DNA from: Collinsella sp.
GTDB lineage: Bacteria; Actinomycetota; Coriobacteriia; Coriobacteriales; Coriobacteriaceae
Length of the DNA: 64,000 nt
Direction of reading: 5' to 3'
Assembly: GCA_019424945.1 (NCBI GenBank)
Contig: JAHYYN010000100.1
Span: 8,910-72,909, forward strand
This document shows positions 1 through 9,764 of this stretch, piece by piece. Below the pieces are notes generated by a model that saw only the letters and a list, made by a program, of their open reading frames with translations, was not told the origin of the DNA and searched no databases. Position 1 is the stretch's first letter. Each line of letters starts with the position of its first letter. A program made the position numbers and the translations under genes.

Positions 1-719
1 ACCCGACGGGGCGCCTCGTCGACCCCCGTGTGATCGATGCTGCGGCTTGCCGCTGCGAGCAGGTGGGCGCGCTGCTCGTCGTGGACGAGTGCTTCCTCGG
101 ATTTGCGCCCGACGCCCGCGAAAGGAGCGTGGCCGCACGCGCCGCGTGTTCGCGCCATGTGGCCGTGCTCTCCGCGTTCACCAAGCTCTACGGAATGGCG
201 GGGTTGCGGTTGGGATATCTGATCAGCGGAAACGCCCAACTCATCGAGGGGATTCGCCGGGCGGGGCAGGCGTGGCCCGTCTCTTCGGTCGCCGAGGCCG
301 CGGGTATCGCCGCCCTGGAAGACGTCGAATACGTCTCGCGCACGCGCGATGTATTGGAGGGCGAGCGAGCGTGGCTTTCCCACGAGCTCTCCTCGCTCGG
401 GCTTTCCGTCGTGCCGTCGGATGCGAACTTCCTTTTAGTCCGCACGCCGGCGAAAGACATCCCCGAGCGCCTGTATAAACAGGGGGTTTTGGTCCGCACG
501 TGCGACTCGTTTTCGGTACTGTCCCGTTTCTGGTGCCGCGTCGCGGTGCGCACGCGCAAGGAGAATGCCCGGCTTGCGATGGCGTTCAGCCGCGTGCTTC
601 GGGCGGAAGGTGCATCGGGCGAAGGCGAACCCGACGAACGGGGCGGCGCTTCTTTCAGCGGCGCTATGGCGGGCGCGGATGGCCGAGGCTCGGCGAAGGA
701 GGTCGATACCCGTGGGTAG
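1..719 (+). CDS. cobD: Threonine-phosphate decarboxylase (CobD, PLP class I/II), 5'-truncated by window edge
   Basis: Frame open from window start (PTGRLVD); VVDECF, SAFTKLYGMAGLRLGY PLP-lysine motif; first gene of cob operon tail. Confidence 0.85.
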   Translation, partial: PTGRLVDPRVIDAAACRCEQVGALLVVDECFLGFAPDARERSVAARAACSRHVAVLSAFTKLYGMAGLRLGYLISGNAQLIEGIRRAGQAWPVSSVAEAAGIAALEDVEYVSRTRDVLEGERAWLSHELSSLGLSVVPSDANFLLVRTPAKDIPERLYKQGVLVRTCDSFSVLSRFWCRVAVRTRKENARLAMAFSRVLRAEGASGEGEPDERGGASFSGAMAGADGRGSAKEVDTRG

Positions 720-2211
720 GGCGAAGCCCATCATGATCCAGGGCACCATGTCGAACGCGGGGAAGAGCCTGCTTGCGGCGGGGCTGTGCCGCGTGCTTTC
801 GCAGGACGGCCTGCGCGTGACTCCCTTCAAGAGCCAGAACATGGCACTCAACAGCGGTGTCACGGCCGACGGGCTCGAGATGGGGCGCGCCCAGATCATG
901 CAGGCCGAGGCGTGCGGCATCGCGCCCGACGTGCGCATGAACCCCATCCTGCTCAAGCCCGAAAGCGGCCACCGAAGCCAGCTCATCGTGGCCGGCAAGG
1001 CGCAGGGAGCCTTCGCTGCGAGGGACTACTTCGCGCGAAAGAAGGCGCTCATGCCGCAGATTTTGGAGGCGTTCGATTCGCTCGCGGAGGAAAACGACGT
1101 CATCGTCATCGAGGGCGCCGGCAGCCCCGCCGAAATCAACCTTGCCGAAAACGACATCGTCAACATGGGGCTCGCGCGCGCCGTGTCCTCCCCCGTGCTG
1201 CTTGCGGGCGACATCGACCCGGGCGGGGTATTTGCCCAGCTCTACGGCACGGTCGCGCTCCTTGCGCCCGATGACCGCGCGCTTTTGCGGGGGCTTGTGG
1301 TGAACAAGTTCCGCGGCGATGTGGAAATCCTGCGCCCGGGTTTGGCCCCGCTCGAGAGGATGTGCGGGGTTCCCGTCGTGGGGGTCGTGCCGTATCTTAC
1401 GCTCGACCTGGACGATGAGGACTCGCTCGCGCCGCGCCTATCTGCCCACGAGGCGCGCGGCGTCATCGACGTCGCCGTCGTGCGTCTTCCGCATCTGTCG
1501 AACTTCACCGACTTCGACCCGCTTTCGCGCGTGCCCGGCGTGGGCGTGCGCTACGTTTCCTCGACGACCGATCTGGGCCGACCCGACCTGGTGGTGCTTC
1601 CCGGCTCGAAGACTACGCTCGACGACGCGCGCTGGCTTGCGGCTAGCGGCATCGGAGCCTGTGTACGCGCGCTTTCGGGCGCGGGCACGCCGGTGCTCGG
1701 CATATGCGGAGGCTACCAGCTTTTGGGAGACGAGCTTTCCGACCCGCACGGCAGGGAAGGCGCTGGTACCGCGCGCGGGCTCGGGCTCATCCCTGCAAGT
1801 ACGGTGTTCAAGGAGGAAAAGCGCCTCGCCCAGTCGGAGCTACGCATCACGGGCGCCCAAGGCGCGTTCTCGGTGTGGAACGGCATGACGGCGCGCGGGT
1901 ACGAGATTCACGACGGCGAAACGACCGTCTTCTGCGCTCCTGCGGGCACGATTGGCGGCAAACCGGAAGGCGCGGCCTGCGGAAACGTGTTCGGAACCTA
2001 TCTCCACGGCCTGTTCGACGAACCGGGGGTGGCGCTCGCCCTCGCGCGCTCGCTCGCGCGCATGCGCGGCCTGCCCGAGAGCGTCGTGGGTGCTGCGGGC
2101 GCGGCGTCCGCGGTCGATCACCGTGCGCGCGAGTTTGACCGCCTGGCCGACGTCGTGCGCGGGGCGCTCGACATGGAGTATGTCTACCGCATTATCGAGG
2201 AGGGCGTATGA
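712..2211 (+). CDS. cobQ: Cobyric acid synthase
   Basis: IMIQGTMSNAGKS, PFKSQNMALNS, EGAGSPAEINL, GICGGYQ, GTYLHG motifs; GTG at 712 after AAGGAGG. Confidence 0.95.
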   Translation: MGRAKPIMIQGTMSNAGKSLLAAGLCRVLSQDGLRVTPFKSQNMALNSGVTADGLEMGRAQIMQAEACGIAPDVRMNPILLKPESGHRSQLIVAGKAQGAFAARDYFARKKALMPQILEAFDSLAEENDVIVIEGAGSPAEINLAENDIVNMGLARAVSSPVLLAGDIDPGGVFAQLYGTVALLAPDDRALLRGLVVNKFRGDVEILRPGLAPLERMCGVPVVGVVPYLTLDLDDEDSLAPRLSAHEARGVIDVAVVRLPHLSNFTDFDPLSRVPGVGVRYVSSTTDLGRPDLVVLPGSKTTLDDARWLAASGIGACVRALSGAGTPVLGICGGYQLLGDELSDPHGREGAGTARGLGLIPASTVFKEEKRLAQSELRITGAQGAFSVWNGMTARGYEIHDGETTVFCAPAGTIGGKPEGAACGNVFGTYLHGLFDEPGVALALARSLARMRGLPESVVGAAGAASAVDHRAREFDRLADVVRGALDMEYVYRIIEEGV

Positions 2212-2723
2212 TCCACGTGTATCATGGCGACGGCAAAGGCAAGACCACGGCGGCGATGGGCCTCGCCCTTCGCATGCTCGCTGCAGGCCGCCGCGTCGTC
2301 GTCGTGCAGTTCCTGAAAGACGGCGAAAGCGGGGAGGTGCGCCTGCTCGCCGAGCATTTCGGCGTGCCCGTGTTCGCGGGGAAGGCGTCGGACAAGTTTA
2401 CCTGGTCGATGACGTCGGAAGAACTTGCCGCGACGTGCGAGCTGCACGATGGGAACCTCGCTTCCGCGCTCGCCGAGCTCGAGGGCGCGCAAGAGGGACT
2501 GCTCGTGCTCGACGAGGCGCTCGACGCGCTTTCGAAGGGGCTTGTCGACGAGGCGCTCGTGGACCGCGCACTCGATATGTCCGCGCTCGGCGTCGAAGTA
2601 GTGCTCACCGGGCGCGCGCCTTCCCGCAAGATCGTGGAGAAGGCCGATTACATAACCGAGATGCGGTGCAAGAAACACCCCTACGAGCAGGGGATATGTG
2701 CAAGGGAAGGAGTGGAGTACTAG
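2208..2723 (+). CDS. cobO: Cob(I)yrinic acid a,c-diamide adenosyltransferase (CobO/BtuR/CobA)
   Basis: YHGDGKGKTTAAMG P-loop, VQFLK, VVLTGR, KHPY...GVEY. Confidence 0.93.
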   Translation: MIHVYHGDGKGKTTAAMGLALRMLAAGRRVVVVQFLKDGESGEVRLLAEHFGVPVFAGKASDKFTWSMTSEELAATCELHDGNLASALAELEGAQEGLLVLDEALDALSKGLVDEALVDRALDMSALGVEVVLTGRAPSRKIVEKADYITEMRCKKHPYEQGICAREGVEY

Positions 2724-3365
2724 ATGGATTCCAAGGAGATGGCGCCCGGCGACATCGAGCGGCGCAGCTTCGAGATCATCACCGAAGAGCTCGGCGGCCG
2801 CACGTTCCCGCCGTTCGAAGAGCCCGTCGTGAAGCGCGTCATCCATACCACTGCCGACTTCTCGTACGCCGATTCCCTCGTGTTCACCCATGACGCCGCG
2901 CACTGTGCGCTCGACGCACTGCGCGCAGGGGCCACGGTGCTCACCGACACGAACATGGCGCTCGCAGGCATAAGCAAGCCCGCGCTCGCGAAGCTCGGCT
3001 GCAAGGCCGTGTGCTTCATGGCCGACCCTGATGTCGCCGCGGCTGCGCGCGCCGCGGGCACGACTCGCGCCGTTGCGAGCATGGACAAAGCTTGCGGCAT
3101 CGAGGGTCCGCTCATCGTGGCCGTCGGCAACGCTCCCACAGCACTTCTGCGCCTCGCCGAGCTCATGGACGCGGGGAAGATCGCGCCCGCTCTCGTCGTT
3201 GGGGTGCCGGTCGGGTTTGTGAACGTGGTCGAGGCGAAAGAGGAGCTACTCGCGCGACGCGTGCCGGCCATCGTCGCGAGGGGTCGCAAGGGCGGCTCGA
3301 CCGTGGCGGCCGCCATTATGAACGCGCTACTCTACCAGATCACGCGCACAGGCGGCCCGAAGTGA
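2724..3365 (+). CDS. cobH: Precorrin-8X methylmutase (CobH/CbiC)
   Basis: IERRSFEII, RVIHTTAD, VGNAPTAL, GVPVGFV, GRKGGS. Confidence 0.95.
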   Translation: MDSKEMAPGDIERRSFEIITEELGGRTFPPFEEPVVKRVIHTTADFSYADSLVFTHDAAHCALDALRAGATVLTDTNMALAGISKPALAKLGCKAVCFMADPDVAAAARAAGTTRAVASMDKACGIEGPLIVAVGNAPTALLRLAELMDAGKIAPALVVGVPVGFVNVVEAKEELLARRVPAIVARGRKGGSTVAAAIMNALLYQITRTGGPK

Positions 3366-4135
3366 CGGCTCCCGCATCCGCGCCGGCGCTGCGCATCTTC
3401 GCCGGCACCACCGAGGGCCGCCTTCTGTGCGAATGGGCGAGCGGGGCGGGCATCCCCGCCCGTGCCTACGCGGCAACAGAGTACGGAGGCGAACTTTTGG
3501 GCGAGCTTCCGGACATCGAGGTGCATGCGGGCAGGCTCGACGAGGCCGACATGGAGCGCGAGCTTTCCGGCGCGCGCATCGTCGTCGACGCCACGCACCC
3601 CTTCGCTACGCTCGCAAGCGGTAACATCCGGGCCGCTTCGCTCGCCGTGGGTGCACGATGCCTGCGCCTTGCGCGCCCGGTCGAGGCGCTGCCCAAAGGC
3701 GTCGTGTCGGTCGCGTCGATCGCCTGCGCGGCGCGCTTTCTCTCCGAGAACCCGGGTCGCGCTCTTCTCACGACGGGGAGCAAGGAGCTTGCTCCCTACA
3801 CGCGCGTCGCCGATTTCGCGGAGCGCTTCTTCGTGCGCGTGCTCCCGCTGCCCAGTGCTATAACGAAGTGCATCGACGCGGGGTTTTCGCCGTCGCACGT
3901 CATCGGCATGCAGGGGCCCTTCACCCGCGAGCTCAACGAGGCGATGCTTCGGCAGGTGGGCGCCCAGTGGCTTGTGACCAAGGACTCGGGAACCGTAGGC
4001 GGCACGGCCGAGAAGCTCGCCGCAGCGCGCGCCGTGGGAGCGCGCTGTATCGTGGTCACCCGTCCCGCCGAGGGAGGCGGGGCCCTTTCGCTTCGGGAAG
4101 TGGAAGATGCGCTCTTACGGGAGTTCGCGCGCTAG
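3362..4135 (+). CDS. cobK: Precorrin-6A reductase (CobK/CbiJ)
   Basis: IFAGTTEG, VDATHPFA, LTTGSK, QGPF, LVTKDSG; GTG overlaps cobH stop (GTGA). Confidence 0.92.
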   Translation: MTAPASAPALRIFAGTTEGRLLCEWASGAGIPARAYAATEYGGELLGELPDIEVHAGRLDEADMERELSGARIVVDATHPFATLASGNIRAASLAVGARCLRLARPVEALPKGVVSVASIACAARFLSENPGRALLTTGSKELAPYTRVADFAERFFVRVLPLPSAITKCIDAGFSPSHVIGMQGPFTRELNEAMLRQVGAQWLVTKDSGTVGGTAEKLAAARAVGARCIVVTRPAEGGGALSLREVEDALLREFAR

Positions 4136-4149
4136 GCGCTCGCCGCGCC

Positions 4150-4256
4150 TGCGCGCCCTCCCGCCCGCGAGGAGGATCGCCTCGAGCAAGCTCGACCCGT
4201 ACAAGCCCGTTATCCACCAATAGCTCGAGGACGACGCCCGGATCTGGCGCAAACAG
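4150..4256 (+). pseudogene. IS21-family IstA transposase N-terminal remnant
   Basis: Translates as PPARRIASSKLDPYKPVIHQ*LEDDARIWRKQ, resembling the IstA SKLDPxKxxIxxWLxxDxxxxRKQ motif with TAG at the Trp position. Confidence 0.7.
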
Positions 4257-4265
4257 CCCTTCAAT

Positions 4266-4334
4266 AAGTTGCGGTGAAATAGTGTCTGTTTTTGCTGCTA
4301 GATAGCATATTCAGTCCCTAAATCACCGCAACTT
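4266..4334. repeat. Inverted repeat (23-bp arms, 19/23 match)
   Basis: AAGTTGCGGTGAAATAGTGTCTG ... CAGTCCCTAAATCACCGCAACTT between convergent genes. Confidence 0.75.
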
Positions 4335-4346
4335 GTCGGTGGCGGC

Positions 4347-5561
4347 TTACTGGTAGCGTAGGCACTCCACCGGGTCGAGCTTTGCCGCGCGTCGAGCGGG
4401 GTAGAAGCCAAAGATTACGCCGATGCCGACGGAGACGGCGAAGGCCAGCAGCACCGTGGCGATTGAAAAACTCGGTGTGATTTGCCCGCTGGCACCGAGC
4501 TCGCCAAGAATCCCAGATCCAGTGGCAAATATCGCGAGTCCCCAGGCCAGCAGATAGCCTATCAGGACACCCAGCAGGCCACCGGTGACGCACAGCGCCG
4601 AGGACTCGGCCAAAAACTGCGCGGTGATATCGCGACGACTGGCGCCCAGAGCGCGACGGATGCCGATCTCGCGGATGCGCTCAGTCACGTTGGTGAGCAT
4701 CATATTCATAATGCCGATACCGCCGACAAGCAGCGAGATGCTGGCGACCGCACCCATGATGAGCGAGAACGCGCCCATAAAGGAGTTGAGTGCATCGATG
4801 GCGCTTTTCATGGATGTCGCCGATACACTGTCGTACTCATCCTCCTCCTCGATGCCCTTCATCGCGCGCACCTTGGACTCGATGGTCTTACAAAGCTCAT
4901 CCATGTCCGTGCCCTCGGCGGCAAGTGCCGTCACGCTGGGGAATGAAGGATTCTCGTCGCCAAATAGGCCGGAGATGGTTTCGCGTGGCATATACAAAGT
5001 GAGCGAGCCCATGGAGTCGCTGCCGCCATCAATCACGCCTACAATCTGCACCTCGCCGTTGGACACCTTGATGGTTTTCCCCAGCGCGTCCTGTTCGTTA
5101 CCGTAAAGCTGATCGGCGCCGCCGCGGCTGATGAGCGCCACGCGCGAGCCTGCCTTTGACTCGACATCGGTGTAGGTGCGCCCCGCAACGAGCTTACTGG
5201 CACCCACGGCGTCGAGCATGTCGCTATCGACACCCTGTGCCATGACGGTATAGCTTTTATCGCCGGTCTTGTACTCGGTATACGCGCTGTCGACAATTCC
5301 GATCTGCTCTATCTGTGGCACCAGTTTTTGAAGCTTCTGGACGTCAGAATCAGAGAGTTCTTGGGACGAATAGATCTGAACCATGCGAGCTGCGTTGAGG
5401 CCCAGGCTGTTGACCAAGCTGTTTTGGATGCCGCCGATGAGCGAAGTCATGGCAATGACCGAGGCGATGCCGATGACAATGCCTAGGATGGTGAGCAGGC
5501 TGCGCCCCTTGTTGGCCTCGAGCGAGTGAAGGGCTTCCTGGATGAGATCGCGGGCGCTCAT
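4347..5561 (-). CDS. ABC transporter permease, MacB/FtsX family
   Basis: RSLLTILGIVIGIASV, VGGIGIMNMML..VTERIREIGIRRALGA, FYPARRAAKLDP. Confidence 0.93.
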   Translation of the reverse strand: MSARDLIQEALHSLEANKGRSLLTILGIVIGIASVIAMTSLIGGIQNSLVNSLGLNAARMVQIYSSQELSDSDVQKLQKLVPQIEQIGIVDSAYTEYKTGDKSYTVMAQGVDSDMLDAVGASKLVAGRTYTDVESKAGSRVALISRGGADQLYGNEQDALGKTIKVSNGEVQIVGVIDGGSDSMGSLTLYMPRETISGLFGDENPSFPSVTALAAEGTDMDELCKTIESKVRAMKGIEEEDEYDSVSATSMKSAIDALNSFMGAFSLIMGAVASISLLVGGIGIMNMMLTNVTERIREIGIRRALGASRRDITAQFLAESSALCVTGGLLGVLIGYLLAWGLAIFATGSGILGELGASGQITPSFSIATVLLAFAVSVGIGVIFGFYPARRAAKLDPVECLRYQ

Positions 5562-6331
5562 GCCATCACTCCTTTCGGCGGGTTGGCGGAGGCGGAAATC
5601 ATGGGCAGGCTATCTACGGCGCTGCGCAGGGTCCGCGGTGCATGCGGAATATACGCGCCGTCGTGAATGCGACCGTCGCGGATGGTCACGGCGCGGTCGG
5701 CCTCGGCGGCGATGCCGGGGTCGTGTGTGATAAGAACGATGGTTTTGCCGCGCTTCTGGAGCTTATGGAAGGTCTCCATCACAAGCGCTCCAGTGGCGGA
5801 GTCCAGGTTTCCCGTCGGCTCATCGGCCAGGATGATGGGCGGGTCATTGACAAGGGCGCGCGCGATTGCGACGCGCTGCATCTGGCCGCCCGAGAGCTCG
5901 GATATGCGGTGGTCCCAGTGGTCGACCGGTAGCGTGACGGCCTGCAGCGCGTGCACGGCGCGCATTTCGCGCTGGCTTCGGGGCACATTGGTGTAGGCCA
6001 GCGGCAGCATGACGTTTTCGATAACCGACAGGCGCGGCAGCAGGTTGAAGCTCTGAAAGACAAAGCCAATGCTCAAGGCGCGAACTTCGGTGAGCTCGTC
6101 ATCATCGAGCTCGGCCACGTTGAGCCCTTGCAGGTAATAGTCGCCCGCCGTCGGCTTATCCAGGCAGCCTAGGATGTTCATGAGCGTTGACTTGCCCGAG
6201 CCCGAGGGACCGGTAATGGCGACGAATTCGCCGGGATTTACCGCCAGGCTCACGTTGTGCAGGATGTGGGCGCAACCCGCTTCGCTCTCAAAGATGCGGT
6301 GCACGTTGCGAATGTCGATGACGGGACGCAT
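5558..6331 (-). CDS. ABC transporter ATP-binding protein (LolD/MacB type)
   Basis: [32 protein letters not shown]. Confidence 0.95.
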   Translation of the reverse strand: MRPVIDIRNVHRIFESEAGCAHILHNVSLAVNPGEFVAITGPSGSGKSTLMNILGCLDKPTAGDYYLQGLNVAELDDDELTEVRALSIGFVFQSFNLLPRLSVIENVMLPLAYTNVPRSQREMRAVHALQAVTLPVDHWDHRISELSGGQMQRVAIARALVNDPPIILADEPTGNLDSATGALVMETFHKLQKRGKTIVLITHDPGIAAEADRAVTIRDGRIHDGAYIPHAPRTLRSAVDSLPMISASANPPKGVMA

Positions 6332-7767
6332 TACATGCCCTCGTCGGCAGACATGCTGCCCGAATCCGCGCTGTAGCCGCCGTCAGCCGTTGCGTCCGCT
6401 CCGATGTCCATGACGAGGGTGTCGCCATCGCGCAGCTTGGTAACCGGCACGCCAGGGTTGATCTCGTTGCCCTGGTCGTCGCGCTTGACCTGCTTCTTGC
6501 CGACTACAGCCTCGTTGTCGTTTTGCGTCACGACGGTCACCTTCACGCGACGGGTTTGCTTGTCCTCGTCATCGGTTGCCACGTTGACGTAATAGTGTTC
6601 GCCGTCTTCGGTCATGAGCGCCATCGTCGGCACCATCACCACGTCGTCGAGCTGCTCGGTCACCACCGATACCTCGGCCGTCATGCCCGGCTTCAGGCGC
6701 GCGTCGGGCGCCTCGATGAGGATGTCGACGTTAAAGGTTACGTTGCCGCCGCCACCGTTGGCGGCGTCGGAGTTTGCCACCGAAGCGATGGCCGTAACGG
6801 TTCCCTGGCTCACGATATCGGGAAACGCGGGATACGTGACGTTGGCGCTCTGCCCAACGGCGATCTTGGCGATGTCCTTTTCGCCCACTTGCACGGTCAC
6901 CTTCATCTTGGACAGGTCGGCGATCTGCATGCACTGCTTGCCGCCGCTCGTATCGCTTTCGCCCATGATCATGCCGCTTGTTACCGTGGCGCCCACCTTG
7001 GCGTTGAGCTCCACGATGCTGCCCGAGCTCGGGGCCGTGACCGTACGGCTGGCGGCCTTGGCGTTCGCCTGGTCTAGGTTTGCCTGGGCCGATGCGAGGC
7101 TGCGCTGCGCGGCCGATATGGCGTTCGTGTCCGCTGATGCGGCGGAGATGCCAGCCGCTGCGGAAGCTCCGTCGACGTCCGTCGTTGGGGTGGCCTGCGC
7201 GGCAGCTGCGGCTTTCTGCGCGTTGGTGAGGTCTTCCTGGGCGGCTGCAACTGCACGCTGCGCCTCGGCAACGTTGCGATCGAGCTCGTCGTTTTTAATG
7301 GTCATAAGCACGTCGCCCTCGTTGACGGATTGGCCTGCCTGCACGTTGATCGAATCGACCGTGCCGTCGACAGAAGGGGAGACCACTGAGGACGAAATGG
7401 GTTTGAGCTGGCCTTTCGCCTCGACCGTTGTGGTAAACGTGCCCTCGGTCACCATGTCGGTCGCAGGCCTGCTATCGCCCTGTGGCTGCGCATTGATAAC
7501 CAGGGTTGCAACAATAGCAATGAGCGCGATGACACCCACGATGCCGGCGGCAATGCCGCGTCGAATCAGCTTTTTGCGTCGACGTTCGGCACGTTTTGCC
7601 TTGAGCTTGGCATATGCCTCTTCATCGGAAATCTCGGCCGTATCGTTCGTGCGTCCGCTCTCCTTGTCGGCATGTACGTCTGTGATCAGAGGAAGCGTTT
7701 CGGTGGCACCTTCGGGCGTGTGCTCGGTATCATCCGGGCCCGGGGTGATGTTGGGGACATTCGGCAT
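6331..7767 (-). CDS. Efflux periplasmic adaptor (MacA/HlyD-like membrane fusion protein)
   Basis: TM helix, lipoyl-like GQSVNEGDVL, coiled coil, LKPGMTA; ATG at 7767 with AAGGAG. Confidence 0.88.
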   Translation of the reverse strand: MPNVPNITPGPDDTEHTPEGATETLPLITDVHADKESGRTNDTAEISDEEAYAKLKAKRAERRRKKLIRRGIAAGIVGVIALIAIVATLVINAQPQGDSRPATDMVTEGTFTTTVEAKGQLKPISSSVVSPSVDGTVDSINVQAGQSVNEGDVLMTIKNDELDRNVAEAQRAVAAAQEDLTNAQKAAAAAQATPTTDVDGASAAAGISAASADTNAISAAQRSLASAQANLDQANAKAASRTVTAPSSGSIVELNAKVGATVTSGMIMGESDTSGGKQCMQIADLSKMKVTVQVGEKDIAKIAVGQSANVTYPAFPDIVSQGTVTAIASVANSDAANGGGGNVTFNVDILIEAPDARLKPGMTAEVSVVTEQLDDVVMVPTMALMTEDGEHYYVNVATDDEDKQTRRVKVTVVTQNDNEAVVGKKQVKRDDQGNEINPGVPVTKLRDGDTLVMDIGADATADGGYSADSGSMSADEGM

Positions 7768-7899
7768 AGCGTCTCCTTTATAGAAAGAACGTTGATAAGT
7801 ATATGCGCCCACCGGTTGGGGTGGGCGCATAGAACGGTTTCTTTCGGAATTGTTAGATTGGTCGCAGCAGTTGCATGTTGTATGAATGCGCGCGTTGCA

Positions 7900-9615
7900 C
7901 TACGAGTGGACAACCACGCACAGGCCGACTTTGATGCAATCGTGCAGCGCCTTGGCGTCGGCCAGGCGAAGGTTGATGCATCCGTGGCTGCCGCACCACT
8001 TGTAGGAGTTGGGATCGTCGAAACTCTTGTCGTTTTGCCACGTTGCATCGTGGAAACCGACCATGTTTCCCTCAAACGGCATCCAATAGCTGACCGGGCT
8101 CTCGTATTTGGGCTTGCCGGTCTCGGGGTCCTTGGCACCGATAAGCTTGCTGGCGCCATTGTTGCTGTTGATCTGCCATACGCCCTCGGGGGTGGCGTCC
8201 TCTCCCGGCTTGCCGGAGATAAAGTTGGCCTCCCACACGATGTTGCCGCTCTCGTCGTAGTAGCGCGCATGCTGCTCGGACAGATCGACATCGACGTATG
8301 CCTTCCAGTCGGGCTCTCCCTTTGCAGTAAAGGTGTCGGCCTTCTGGGAGTACTTGATCTCGATTTCGCCGGTCTGCTTGTTGTTAATGGCGTCCTCGAC
8401 CTGCTTGGCGAGCGAGCTGCTGTCGATGGACCAACCAAAGTCGCCGCCTTCGACGGCGCATTGCTTGCCATCGGCGCGCGTCCACCAGCGAGTGGAGCCC
8501 ACGGTATTGAAGCCGTTGGCGAGCTCGGCTGCCCAGCTGCTGATCTGCGACGTATCGAGTGTGGGGTTGGCCGGATCGGCAAAGCTGATCCACTGCAACA
8601 CGGAGCTGCCATCAACCTTGCCGGCATCCTCGCCGTTGAGCTTGAGGGTCACGTTGACGCCCAGGAAGTTGTTGGCGGCATCGCATGCGGCCTGAATCTG
8701 ATCATCGGTCAGCGTTCCATTGAGCGGCTCATAGGCATCGTTGCCGAGCTTGGAAAGGTCTACGGTCTCGGACAGCGAGGCAAGCTCGAGCTCGGCATAC
8801 TTAATGACATGCTCGCGGTCGAGTTTTTCGTTGGAGCGCGCCTTCTCGACGGTAAACTTGCCGGCCTGCTCGTCATAGGAGCTATTGGCCTCGAACGTGC
8901 CCGAACGCCCCTCGTTAAACTCGTCGATGGCGGCGCCCAGATCCTTCTCAAACTTCTTTTGGTCAAAGGTGTCGGAGAGCATGGACAGGTCGACGTCTTG
9001 ATCAAGATCGACTTCGTTGGAGGTAGCGGTTGTTTTGGTCTTTCCGCTTAAGGATTCCACAAGGCGGACCGGCCAGACAAAGGCTTCGTTGTGGCTGATG
9101 ATCTCTTTTGCGGCAGCTTCGCCGTCGACGATGGGCTCATCGGACTCGGGCTGATAGGTCCAGCTAAAGTCATCGCCTGTCACGGTGAGCTTATAGTGCT
9201 TCCATGCCGAGTTGACCTTGGTGGCGGCAGACGAAGCGTTGGAGAACGAGACGTCGACGCCGGCGATGGTGGTATTGGGGTAGGCTAGCTGGGAAAACGC
9301 TACGACGCCTACGATATAGACAATGACGATAAGACCCAGGACGACAAAGAGCGTCGTCTTTTTGCCCGACTTATTGTTCTCGGCGGGTTTGCGCGCGGGG
9401 CCGCGATCGCCCCGAGCGTGCGTGGGGGGCTGCTTGGGCGCATTTCCGTTTGCCTGTCGCTGCTGACGTTGCTGGTTCAGGCGTTGGGAAGCGTTTGCCG
9501 CACCACGCTGCTGACCGTGACTCGGCGCGATAGGACGCGGCGACTGAACGCCACCGGTGTGCCTGCTCGGCTGCTGCGGATCGGGAATCAGTTGAGTTCG
9601 ATCGTTTTGCGACAT
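7900..9615 (-). CDS. L,D-transpeptidase family protein (YkuD domain), membrane anchored
   Basis: VDVDLSEQ, ATPEG, YWMPF, GFHDA, GSHGCINL catalytic motif. Confidence 0.9.
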   Translation of the reverse strand: MSQNDRTQLIPDPQQPSRHTGGVQSPRPIAPSHGQQRGAANASQRLNQQRQQRQANGNAPKQPPTHARGDRGPARKPAENNKSGKKTTLFVVLGLIVIVYIVGVVAFSQLAYPNTTIAGVDVSFSNASSAATKVNSAWKHYKLTVTGDDFSWTYQPESDEPIVDGEAAAKEIISHNEAFVWPVRLVESLSGKTKTTATSNEVDLDQDVDLSMLSDTFDQKKFEKDLGAAIDEFNEGRSGTFEANSSYDEQAGKFTVEKARSNEKLDREHVIKYAELELASLSETVDLSKLGNDAYEPLNGTLTDDQIQAACDAANNFLGVNVTLKLNGEDAGKVDGSSVLQWISFADPANPTLDTSQISSWAAELANGFNTVGSTRWWTRADGKQCAVEGGDFGWSIDSSSLAKQVEDAINNKQTGEIEIKYSQKADTFTAKGEPDWKAYVDVDLSEQHARYYDESGNIVWEANFISGKPGEDATPEGVWQINSNNGASKLIGAKDPETGKPKYESPVSYWMPFEGNMVGFHDATWQNDKSFDDPNSYKWCGSHGCINLRLADAKALHDCIKVGLCVVVHS

Positions 9616-9724
9616 CGTATGCATATCCTTCGAATTTCGCCTTGCGGCTCATCGTGTTTTTACTGGGCTTGCATTATAGCGATTGCCCTGCTGTTTGTGG
9701 TACGGAAACGGTGGCATTCAAAAG

Positions 9725-9746
9725 AGGTGGGACATTTGTCCCACCT
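9725..9746. repeat. Short GGGACA/TGTCCC palindrome (possible terminator or REP-like unit)
   Basis: AGGTGGGACA-TT-TGTCCCACCT downstream of serine dehydratase. Confidence 0.6.
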
Positions 9747-9764
9747 TTGAGTCGTCCTTTGTTG

